Of a stretch of DNA of 64,000 bases, positions 54,763 through 62,419 are shown piece by piece. The DNA is from Gemmatimonadota bacterium (lineage in GTDB: Bacteria > Gemmatimonadota > Gemmatimonadetes > Gemmatimonadales > GWC2-71-9). The notes under the pieces are model-generated. The model worked only from the letters and a program-made list of their open reading frames with translations, searched no databases and had not been told where the DNA came from. Location: NCBI GenBank assembly GCA_003220795.1, contig QHTK01000046.1, positions 6,156 to 70,155 on the forward strand. The letters run 5' to 3'. Each line of letters begins with the position of its first letter. The first letter of the stretch is position 1. The position numbers were made by a program, and so were the translations under genes.

Positions 54763-55352
54763 GTGCGGTCGGGACCGTCGCCAAGGCGTCACGGGAAACG
54801 GGAAACGGGAAACGGGAAACGGGCCTCACTCTCACGATCCGCGCCCCGTTCAAGGGGTTGAAGAAAGGCGAGAGCATCGCCGTGAACGGCGCCTGCCTCA
54901 CGGTCGAGCGGGTTGTGAAGAGGGGGTTCACCGTACACGTGATCGAGACCACCGCGGGCCGGACCCTGTTCGGCGAATACGTGAGTGGTCGGAAAGTGAA
55001 TCTCGAGCGGGCGCTACGCGCGGCGGACCGCCTCGGTGGGCACATCGTGCAGGGGCACGTCGACGGGGTGGCCGTGGTGGAGCGCGCGGACCGACGCGGC
55101 GACGCGTGGGTGTACGACCTGCGCGTGCCGCGCGACGTGCGCGACAGCTCGGTCCCACAGGGATCGATCACGTTGGATGGCGTGGGTTTGACGATCAACG
55201 CGCTCCCGGGGCCGGACCTGGTGCAGGTGGCGCTGATTCCGTTCACCCGCCGGCGCACGACGCTCGGAAACCTGCGCGTGAGCGACCGGGTGCACGTGGA
55301 GGGAGACGTGCTGGGGAAGTACGTGAGGCACTTATGCCACAACACACCATAG
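54744..55352 (+). CDS. ribE: Riboflavin synthase
   Basis: MFTGIV ... SIAVNGACLTV ... GSITLDGVGLTI internal duplication. Confidence 0.9.
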   Translation: MFTGIVSAVGTVAKASRETGNGKRETGLTLTIRAPFKGLKKGESIAVNGACLTVERVVKRGFTVHVIETTAGRTLFGEYVSGRKVNLERALRAADRLGGHIVQGHVDGVAVVERADRRGDAWVYDLRVPRDVRDSSVPQGSITLDGVGLTINALPGPDLVQVALIPFTRRRTTLGNLRVSDRVHVEGDVLGKYVRHLCHNTP

Positions 55353-56539
55353 AACAAGCCATCGCGGATATCCGTGCGGGGAAGCTCGTCATCGTGGCCG
55401 ACGACGAGAGCCGCGAGAACGAGGGGGACCTGGTCGGCGCCGCCGAGCGGGTCACTCCGGCGATGATCAATTTCCTCGCGACGCACGGGCGCGGGCTCGT
55501 CTGTCTGACGTTGATGCCGGACCGGTGCCAGGCGTTGGGTCTCACGCAGATGGCCGAGCACAACACCGAGGCGCACGAAACCGCCTTCACCGTTTCGATC
55601 GACGCGGCCACGCGCTTCGGGGTCACGACCGGCATCTCGGCCGCCGACCGGGCGGCGACGGTGCGCGCCGCCATCGATCCCGCCACGGTGCCGGGGGACC
55701 TGCGCCGGCCGGGTCACGTGTTCCCCTTGCGGGCGCGTCCGGGCGGCGTGCTGCAGCGCGTGGGCCAGACCGAGGCGAGCGTCGATCTCGCGCGGCTGGC
55801 GGGGCTCTATCCCGCGGGCGTGATCTGTGAGATCCTGAACGCCGACGGCTCGATGGCGCGGCGCCCCGATCTGGAGCGGTTCGCCGAGCGACACGCGCTC
55901 ACCTTCATCACGGTGGCGCAGCTCGTGGCCTACCGGCTGGCGCATGAGCGTCTGGTGCACCGCGTCGCGCAGGCGCGCTTGCCCACGCCGTACGGGGAGT
56001 TCGCGATCATCGGCTACAAGAACGACGTGGACGTGGCGGAGCACGTGGCGCTGGTGCACGGCGACGTGGCGCGGCAGCCGCGCGTGCTGGTGCGTATGCA
56101 CTCGAAGTGCCTGACGGGCGATGTGTTCGGGTCGGCTCGGTGCGACTGCGGCTGGCAGCTGGACAGTGCGATGCGCGCGATCGCGGCCGAGGGCCGGGGC
56201 GTGGTCGTCTATCTCGATCAGGAGGGCCGGGGGATCGGCCTCCTCAACAAACTCAAGGCGTACGAGCTCCAGGACGCGGGCCACGATACGGTGGACGCGA
56301 ACCGCGAGCTTGGCTTCAAGCCCGACCTCCGCAACTACGGCATCGGGGCCCAGATCCTGCTCGACCTCGGGCTCTCCTCCATCCGCGTGCTCACCAACAA
56401 CCCGATGAAGCTGGTCGGGCTCGAGGGCTACGGGCTGGAGATCGTCGAGCGCGTCCCGATCGTGATGACTCCCTCGAACGAGAACCGCTCCTACCTCGAC
56501 GCCAAGCGGGACAAACTCGGTCACCTGCTCACCCACTGA
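55334..56539 (+). CDS. ribBA: 3,4-dihydroxy-2-butanone-4-phosphate synthase / GTP cyclohydrolase II
   Basis: DDESRENEGDLV; RMHSKCLTGDVFGSARCDCG. Confidence 0.92.
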   Translation: MPQHTIEQAIADIRAGKLVIVADDESRENEGDLVGAAERVTPAMINFLATHGRGLVCLTLMPDRCQALGLTQMAEHNTEAHETAFTVSIDAATRFGVTTGISAADRAATVRAAIDPATVPGDLRRPGHVFPLRARPGGVLQRVGQTEASVDLARLAGLYPAGVICEILNADGSMARRPDLERFAERHALTFITVAQLVAYRLAHERLVHRVAQARLPTPYGEFAIIGYKNDVDVAEHVALVHGDVARQPRVLVRMHSKCLTGDVFGSARCDCGWQLDSAMRAIAAEGRGVVVYLDQEGRGIGLLNKLKAYELQDAGHDTVDANRELGFKPDLRNYGIGAQILLDLGLSSIRVLTNNPMKLVGLEGYGLEIVERVPIVMTPSNENRSYLDAKRDKLGHLLTH

Positions 56540-56541
56540 CC

Positions 56542-57027
56542 GTGGCCGAGTTCCAGAGTTCGCCCCGCGCGCCGCGTCAGGTCCGCGTGGCCGTGCTGGT
56601 CGCCCGTTACAACGAGGTCGTCACGAGCCGGTTGCTCGAGGGCGCGCGCCAGTGCCTGCAGGAGAAGGGGGTGGCGGACGGGCGCGTGGACGTGGTCTGG
56701 GTCCCGGGGGCGTTCGAGCTGCCCGTGGCCGCGGAAGCCGCAGCCGCGAGCGGGCGGTACTCGGCGATCGTGGCGCTCGGCTGCGTGATCCGGGGCGAGA
56801 CGCCGCACTTCGAGTACGTAGCGGGCGAGGCGGCGCGCGGGCTCGGCACCGTCGCGCTCGCCCATCGCCTCGCCGTCGGGTTCGGGGTGCTGACCACTGA
56901 ATCGCTCGAGCAAGCGATGGCGCGGGCGGGCGGCGCGGCCGGGAACAAAGGCTACGAGGCGGCCGAGGCGGCTCTCACCACGGCGGACGTCCTGGCCCAG
57001 CTCAGCCGTGCAGCGCCCCGAGACTAA
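56542..57027 (+). CDS. ribH: 6,7-dimethyl-8-ribityllumazine synthase
   Basis: VAVLVARYNEVVTSRLL ... VPGAFELP ... GCVIRGETPHFEYV. Confidence 0.9.
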   Translation: MAEFQSSPRAPRQVRVAVLVARYNEVVTSRLLEGARQCLQEKGVADGRVDVVWVPGAFELPVAAEAAAASGRYSAIVALGCVIRGETPHFEYVAGEAARGLGTVALAHRLAVGFGVLTTESLEQAMARAGGAAGNKGYEAAEAALTTADVLAQLSRAAPRD

Positions 57028-57421
57028 AGCCCGGGCCCGCGCCCTCCAGCTCCTGTACGCCTGGGAATTGTCGGGCCGCCCGTCGATCGCGACGCTGGTG
57101 GCGCGACTGGCCGGCGGGTTCGGGCGCGTGCCCGAGGGCTTCGACCGCGGCGCGGACCTCGCGGCCAAGGCGATCGCGGGGCTCCCCGAGTTCGACCGGC
57201 GCGTCGCCGATGCCGCCGAGCACTGGCGACTGGACCGCGTGGGCGTGGTGGAAAAGAGCATTCTGCGCCTGGCGCTCGCGGAGCTGGCCGAGGGGGCGAC
57301 GCCGCCGCGCGTCGTCATCGACGAGGCGGTGAAGCTGGCCCACTGGTTTGCCGGCGCCAAGGCGCCGGCGTTCGTGAACGGCGTGCTGGACGCCGTCGCC
57401 CGCGAATTCGGCGCGCTGTGA
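57008..57421 (+). CDS. nusB: Transcription antitermination factor NusB
   Basis: ARALQLLYAWEL ... ILRLALAEL ... VNGVLDAV. Confidence 0.85.
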   Translation: MQRPETKARARALQLLYAWELSGRPSIATLVARLAGGFGRVPEGFDRGADLAAKAIAGLPEFDRRVADAAEHWRLDRVGVVEKSILRLALAELAEGATPPRVVIDEAVKLAHWFAGAKAPAFVNGVLDAVAREFGAL

Positions 57422-58533
57422 GGATCCTGCTGGTCAACTGGAACGACCGCGAGAATCCACACGCCGGCGGCGCCGAAATCCACCTCCACGAGATCTTCGG
57501 CCGGTTGGTCCAGTGGGGGCATGGCGTCGACCTGGTGACGAGCGGCTGGCCGGGGGGCGCCCGCGAGACCGTGCTCGACGGGATGCGCGTGCACCGCTGC
57601 GGCGGGCGTCACACGTTCGGGCTGCACGCCCGCGGCGCCGTCCGGCGCCTGCTGCGCGCGCACACCTACGACGTCGTCGTCGAGGATATCAACAAGCTGC
57701 CGCTCTATCTGACCCAGCTGACCGACCTGCCGTTCTGTGTGATCGTGCCGCACCTGTTCGGCACGACGGCGTTCGCCGAAGCGAGCTGGCCGATCGCGGC
57801 GACCGTGTGGGCGGCAGAGCGCTTGATCCCGCGCGTGTACCGGCGCGCGGCGTTCCACGCGATCTCCGACAGCACGCGCGACGACCTGGTGCGGCGGGGG
57901 ATCCGGCGGGAGCGGGTGGAAGTCATCTACCCCGGCGTCGATGCGGCGTGGTATTCCCCGGATGCGGCTGTGCCGCGGGCGGCGACGCCGACGTTCTTGT
58001 ATGTGGGGCGTCTCAAGCGTTATAAAGGAGTGGAAACCGCGGTGCGGGCCGTGGCCCTGGCGCGGGCGGCGCGTCCCGACGTGACGCTCGAGATCGCCGG
58101 GCAGGGGGACGACCGCGTCCGGCTGGAGCGGCTGGCCGGGGAGCTGGGTCAGGGCGACGCCGTGCGCTTTTTCGGGTTCGTATCGGAGGAAGCGAAGCGC
58201 CGCTTGCTGCGACGGGCCTGGGCGGTGGTGCTCCCGAGCCCGAAGGAGGGGTGGGGCATCTCCAACGTCGAGGCGGCGGCGTGCGGCACGCCCGCGCTGG
58301 CCTCGGACAGTCCCGGGTTGCGGGAGTCGGTGCGGCACGGCGAGACCGGGTTCCTCGTGCCGCACGGCGACGTGGCGGCATTGGCCGACCGGGTGCTCGA
58401 GCTCGCGTTCGACCCGGCGCTGACCGCCCGGCTGGGCCGCGGCGCCCGCGCCTTCGCGGAGCAGCTGTCGTGGGAGCGCGCGGCCCGAGCTACGGAAGGC
58501 CATCTCCGGTGCGTCATCGCTCAGGAGGAGTGA
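57418..58533 (+). CDS. GT4-family glycosyltransferase
   Basis: MRILLVNW ... C-terminal EGWGISNVEAAACGTP. Confidence 0.8.
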   Translation: MRILLVNWNDRENPHAGGAEIHLHEIFGRLVQWGHGVDLVTSGWPGGARETVLDGMRVHRCGGRHTFGLHARGAVRRLLRAHTYDVVVEDINKLPLYLTQLTDLPFCVIVPHLFGTTAFAEASWPIAATVWAAERLIPRVYRRAAFHAISDSTRDDLVRRGIRRERVEVIYPGVDAAWYSPDAAVPRAATPTFLYVGRLKRYKGVETAVRAVALARAARPDVTLEIAGQGDDRVRLERLAGELGQGDAVRFFGFVSEEAKRRLLRRAWAVVLPSPKEGWGISNVEAAACGTPALASDSPGLRESVRHGETGFLVPHGDVAALADRVLELAFDPALTARLGRGARAFAEQLSWERAARATEGHLRCVIAQEE

Positions 58534-58535
58534 CC

Positions 58536-58871
58536 ATGCGGATCACGATCACCGCGCGCCACTGCGAGGTACCGGACGAGCTCCGCGCGCGCGCGCGCCG
58601 GCTGGTCGAGCGGTTGAGTCGGATGGCGACGCGGCCGCACGACGCCCAGGTGCTGTTCGACGAGGACCACGGCACGCCCGTCGTCGAGATGCGGGTGCAC
58701 GTCGCGCGGGGTGTGGTCCACGTGGGCGTCGCGGAAGCGCCCGATCATCGCTCCGCGCTCGACCGCGCGGCGGCCAAGGTGCGGCGCCAGCTCGACAAGG
58801 CGCCGCGGAAGCGGACGAAGCGGCGCCAGCGGGGGACTGCCCGCCGGGTGCTGGAGCGCGAGCCGCGATGA
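58536..58871 (+). CDS. hpf: Ribosome hibernation-promoting factor (short HPF/RaiA type)
   Basis: MRITITARHCEVPDELR ... DHRSALDRAAAKVRRQL. Confidence 0.75.
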   Translation: MRITITARHCEVPDELRARARRLVERLSRMATRPHDAQVLFDEDHGTPVVEMRVHVARGVVHVGVAEAPDHRSALDRAAAKVRRQLDKAPRKRTKRRQRGTARRVLEREPR

Positions 58872-59836
58872 CGGGACTCCGCGTGCGGGACCTGCTCGAG
58901 CGCAAGGGCGATCCGCTGCAGCTCGAGGCACTGACGGGGGAAGTGGGCATCGAGCGCGTGATCACGACTCCGGAGGCGTCGAGTCCCGGCCTGGTGCTCG
59001 CGGGCTACACGAAGCGCTTCGCAGCGCACCGCATCCACGTGCTGGGCGAGACCGAGATCACCTACCTCGCCTCGCTCGGTGCCGCCGAACGCCGCGCGTC
59101 GCTCGAGACTTTCCTGCGGTTCGATCTGCCGTGCGTGGTCATCTCGAAGGGGCAGGATCCGCCCCCCGAGCTGGTCGAACTGGCGCGGGCCCAGGGCGTG
59201 CCCGTGATCCGCACCAAGCTCAAGACCGCCGAATTCTATCGCCGCCTGAAGCCGTTCCTCGACGAGGCGTTCGCGCCCAATACGACGGTGCACGCGTCGC
59301 TCGCCGACGTGTTCGGCGTCGGCCTGTTGTTCCTCGGCCGCTCGGGGATCGGCAAGAGCGAGTGCGTGCTCGATCTGGTCGAGCGCGGTCACCGGCTGGT
59401 GGCGGACGACATCGTCCACGTCACCCGCCACGGGAACGACGTGCTGATCGGCCGGGGGCATGAGCTGGCACGACACTACATGGAGATCCGCGGCGTGGGG
59501 CTGATCGACATCCGCGCGCTGTTCGGGGTGCGCGCGGTGCGCCAGCAGAAGCGCATCGAGGTCGTAGTCCAGCTCGACGACTGGGACGCGACGCGGGAGT
59601 ACGATCGTACCGGCCTCGACGGGCAGACGACGCAGCTCCTCGACATCACGCTGCCGCTCGTGACCGTGCCGCTCAACCCGGGAAAGAATCTCACCGTAAT
59701 CTGTGAGGTGGTGGCGATGAACCACCTGCTGCGCTACAGCGGCGTGGATTCGGCGAAGCACTTCAACGAGCGCCTCCTCAAGCGTATGGCGGAACGGCGC
59801 GAGCTGCAGCAATACCTCGAGGAGGACTATGAGTGA
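58868..59836 (+). CDS. hprK: HPr kinase/phosphorylase
   Basis: GRSGIGKSE P-loop; EIRGVGLIDI. Confidence 0.9.
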   Translation: MTGLRVRDLLERKGDPLQLEALTGEVGIERVITTPEASSPGLVLAGYTKRFAAHRIHVLGETEITYLASLGAAERRASLETFLRFDLPCVVISKGQDPPPELVELARAQGVPVIRTKLKTAEFYRRLKPFLDEAFAPNTTVHASLADVFGVGLLFLGRSGIGKSECVLDLVERGHRLVADDIVHVTRHGNDVLIGRGHELARHYMEIRGVGLIDIRALFGVRAVRQQKRIEVVVQLDDWDATREYDRTGLDGQTTQLLDITLPLVTVPLNPGKNLTVICEVVAMNHLLRYSGVDSAKHFNERLLKRMAERRELQQYLEEDYE

Positions 59837-60209
59837 GCCGCTGCGCGGGGTGATCGTGTCACACGCGGCGGTGGCGCAGGCGCTGAAATCGGCCGTCGCG
59901 GCGATCACCGGTGTCGAGGACGCCCTCGTCTCCGTGAGCAACGAAGGCTGCGATTCGGGGGCGCTGACGGCGCGGCTCACCGCCGCGATCGCCGGCCAGC
60001 CGGCGGTGCTGTTCGTGGATCTGCCGGGCGGGTCCTGCTTGACGAGCTCCATCAGACTCGCCAAGGGCAACTCGGACGTGGCGCTCGTCACCGGTGTGAA
60101 CCTGGCGATGCTGCTCGACTTCGTGTTCCACCGCGACCTGCCGCCGCTCGAGGCCGCCCGCCGGGCCGCGGAGGCGGGGAGCCGAGCGATCCGCACGCCG
60201 GCGGCATGA
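59829..60209 (+). CDS. PTS EIIA, mannose class
   Basis: GVIVSHAAVAQAL ... VLFVDLPGGS. Confidence 0.75.
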   Translation: MSEPLRGVIVSHAAVAQALKSAVAAITGVEDALVSVSNEGCDSGALTARLTAAIAGQPAVLFVDLPGGSCLTSSIRLAKGNSDVALVTGVNLAMLLDFVFHRDLPPLEAARRAAEAGSRAIRTPAA

Positions 60210-60679
60210 GCATCGTGCTCTACCGGATCGACGATCGCTTGATTCACGGCCAGGTGGTCGTGGGGTGGGGGCAGCCGCTGCGCATCGGCTTCATCGTGCT
60301 CGTGGACGACGCCGTGCGTGCGAGCGAATGGGAGCAGGATCTCCACCGCATGGGCGTGCCCCCGCAGATCGAGGTGGTGTTCGCATCCGCGGCCGAGGCG
60401 GCCGAGCGGCTCCCCGAATGGGAAGCGGATCCGCGGCCCGGGATCGTGCTCACCGGGACCATCGACGCGCTCGCCGCACTCTCCAGCAACAGCCACCGGG
60501 TGAAACGGATCAACGTGGGCGGCATCCATCACCAGCCGGGACGCTCCGAGCGGTTGCGCTACGTCTATCTCAGCGACGCCGAGGCGGCCAAGCTGCGGGC
60601 GCTCGCGGCGCAGGGCGTCGAGATCACGGCCCAGGACGTGCCGACCGCGCGGGCGGTGCCGCTCGAGGAGTTCGCGTGA
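60206..60679 (+). CDS. PTS EIIB, mannose/sorbose class
   Basis: YRIDDRLIHGQVVVGW. Confidence 0.75.
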   Translation: MSIVLYRIDDRLIHGQVVVGWGQPLRIGFIVLVDDAVRASEWEQDLHRMGVPPQIEVVFASAAEAAERLPEWEADPRPGIVLTGTIDALAALSSNSHRVKRINVGGIHHQPGRSERLRYVYLSDAEAAKLRALAAQGVEITAQDVPTARAVPLEEFA

Positions 60680-61353
60680 CCCTCGAGCTGCAGCTCTTCC
60701 TGCTCGTGTGGGGCACGCTCGTCGGGCTCGATCTCGTCAGCGTCCCACAGATGATGATCGCGCGCCCGATCGTGGCGGGCCCGGTCGCCGGCGCGATCCT
60801 GGGCGATCTGGCGACCGGCCTGCAGCTCGGCGTCTTGTTCGAGCTGTTCCAGTACGACGTGATGCCGATGGGGGCCAGCCGCTACCCCGAGTACGGGCCC
60901 GCCACCGTCGCCGCCGTGAGCACGGCGCACGCCGCCGCGGGCACGCTGGGCCTCGGGCTGGGCGCGCTGGTGGGGCTCGTGACCGGGATGCTGGGTGGCC
61001 TGAGCATGTACGTGGTACGCCGCGCCACCCAACGTGCGGTGCAGGCCGTCGCCGGGCGGCTGGAGGCGGGGGACGTCCGGTTGCTCGTGCGGTTGCACGT
61101 CACCGCGATCGCGCGCGACGCGCTGCGCGCGGCCGTCGTAACCGCCGCGGGGCTCGCGCTCGCGCACGTCGTGCGCCTGTATTTCGGCGGCGCGCTCCCG
61201 CTGCGGGGTGTGACCTTGCTCGGCGTCGCGGCGGTCGCCGGCGCGATCGCCACGGCGACCGCGGGCACGCTGCGCGTGGTCGGTCGCGGGGCGAACCTGC
61301 GGTGGTTCGCCGCGGGCCTGGCCGGCGGGGCGGTGCTGGTGTGGCTGCGGTGA
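60676..61353 (+). CDS. PTS EIIC, mannose class
   Basis: GTGA overlap; polytopic; position between the IIB and IID genes. Confidence 0.65.
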   Translation: MTLELQLFLLVWGTLVGLDLVSVPQMMIARPIVAGPVAGAILGDLATGLQLGVLFELFQYDVMPMGASRYPEYGPATVAAVSTAHAAAGTLGLGLGALVGLVTGMLGGLSMYVVRRATQRAVQAVAGRLEAGDVRLLVRLHVTAIARDALRAAVVTAAGLALAHVVRLYFGGALPLRGVTLLGVAAVAGAIATATAGTLRVVGRGANLRWFAAGLAGGAVLVWLR

Positions 61354-62102
61354 CCCGGACGCGGCGTCCGCCGCTCGGCCGCAGCTTGCTGCGGCTGTTC
61401 ACGGTGCAGGGCTCCTGGAACTACGAGCGCCTGCAGGGGATCGGCGTGGGCGTGGCGGAGGAGCCGCTGCTGCGCGATCTGCGGGCGGCGGGGAACGGTG
61501 CGGTCTACCGGGCGGCCGTGGCGCGCGGGGCCCACTTCTTCAACGCGCATCCCTATCTCTGTGGACTCGCGGTGGGGGCGGCGGCGCGGGCCGAGCACGA
61601 GGGCGCGACCCCCGACCAGATCGAGCGACTGCGCAGCGCGCTGTGCGGCCCGCTCGGGTCGCTCGGCGACCGTCTGGTGTGGGCGGGATGGTTGCCGGTG
61701 ACGTCCGGCCTGGCGCTGATCGGCGTGGCGCTGGGGCTCGGGATGGACGCGGTGCTCGGCTTCCTGGTCGTGTACAACGTGGGGCACGTGGCGCTCCGGT
61801 GGTGGGCGCTGCGGGCAGGCTGGACGCATGGCGTGCGCGTCGCCGTCGCCCTGCACCAGCCGTTCCTGCAGCGCGCCGCGGCGTGGAGCGGTCCGGCGAT
61901 GGCGCTCGTGATCGGCGCGGCGCTGCCGCTCTCGGCGGCCTACCTGGCCGGGCCGTTCCCCGCTTGGGCGCGCGGCGTGCTGCTCGGCGCGGCGGCCGTC
62001 GGCGGCGCGATTCTATTGTGGTGGCGGGGGAGGCTCACCGGGTTGCGCTACGGCCTGGCCTTGCTCGCCGTCGCCGCGCTGGCAGGATGGATATGGCGGT
62101 GA
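61350..62102 (+). CDS. PTS EIID, mannose class
   Basis: LFTVQGSWNYERLQGIGV ... FFNAHPYL. Confidence 0.75.
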   Translation: MTRTRRPPLGRSLLRLFTVQGSWNYERLQGIGVGVAEEPLLRDLRAAGNGAVYRAAVARGAHFFNAHPYLCGLAVGAAARAEHEGATPDQIERLRSALCGPLGSLGDRLVWAGWLPVTSGLALIGVALGLGMDAVLGFLVVYNVGHVALRWWALRAGWTHGVRVAVALHQPFLQRAAAWSGPAMALVIGAALPLSAAYLAGPFPAWARGVLLGAAAVGGAILLWWRGRLTGLRYGLALLAVAALAGWIWR

Positions 62103-62419
62103 TCGAACGCGAAGCCAGGATCGTGAATCCGCTGGGGATGCACGCGCGCCCCGCGGCCGAGTTCGTCAAGGTGGCGAACCGCTTCAAATCGGCGGTCCAA
62201 GTGCGCAAGGACGACCTCGCGGTGAACGGGAAGAGCATCATGGGCGTGATGATGCTCGCGGCCGAGTGCGGCTCCTCGCTGTTCATCAAGACCGACGGCG
62301 AGGATGCCGACGCGGCCATGGAGGCCTTGCTCGCCTTGGTGGCCGATGGTTTCCACGAGATGCATCTCACGGCGGAGCTGCGTGACGCCGAGGACAATCC
62401 GGCGGAAGAGGGCGCATGA
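62093..62419 (+). CDS. ptsH: Phosphocarrier protein HPr
   Basis: NPLGMHARPAAEFV (active-site His) and NGKSIMGVMML (regulatory Ser); alternative ATG at 62087. Confidence 0.85.
   Translation: MAVIEREARIVNPLGMHARPAAEFVKVANRFKSAVQVRKDDLAVNGKSIMGVMMLAAECGSSLFIKTDGEDADAAMEALLALVADGFHEMHLTAELRDAEDNPAEEGA

Noticed and set aside
2908-60532. Very long antisense or off-frame ORFs in the track (for example 2908-3933c, 4254-5294c, 27055-28305c, 36469-37683c, 43432-45168c, 48944-50923c, 54401-56536c, 56521-58503c, 58745-60532c, 50706-52301c)
   Set aside because: They have Arg/Pro/Gly/Ala-rich composition typical of shadow ORFs in GC-rich DNA. Each overlaps a sense-strand gene with clear family motifs.
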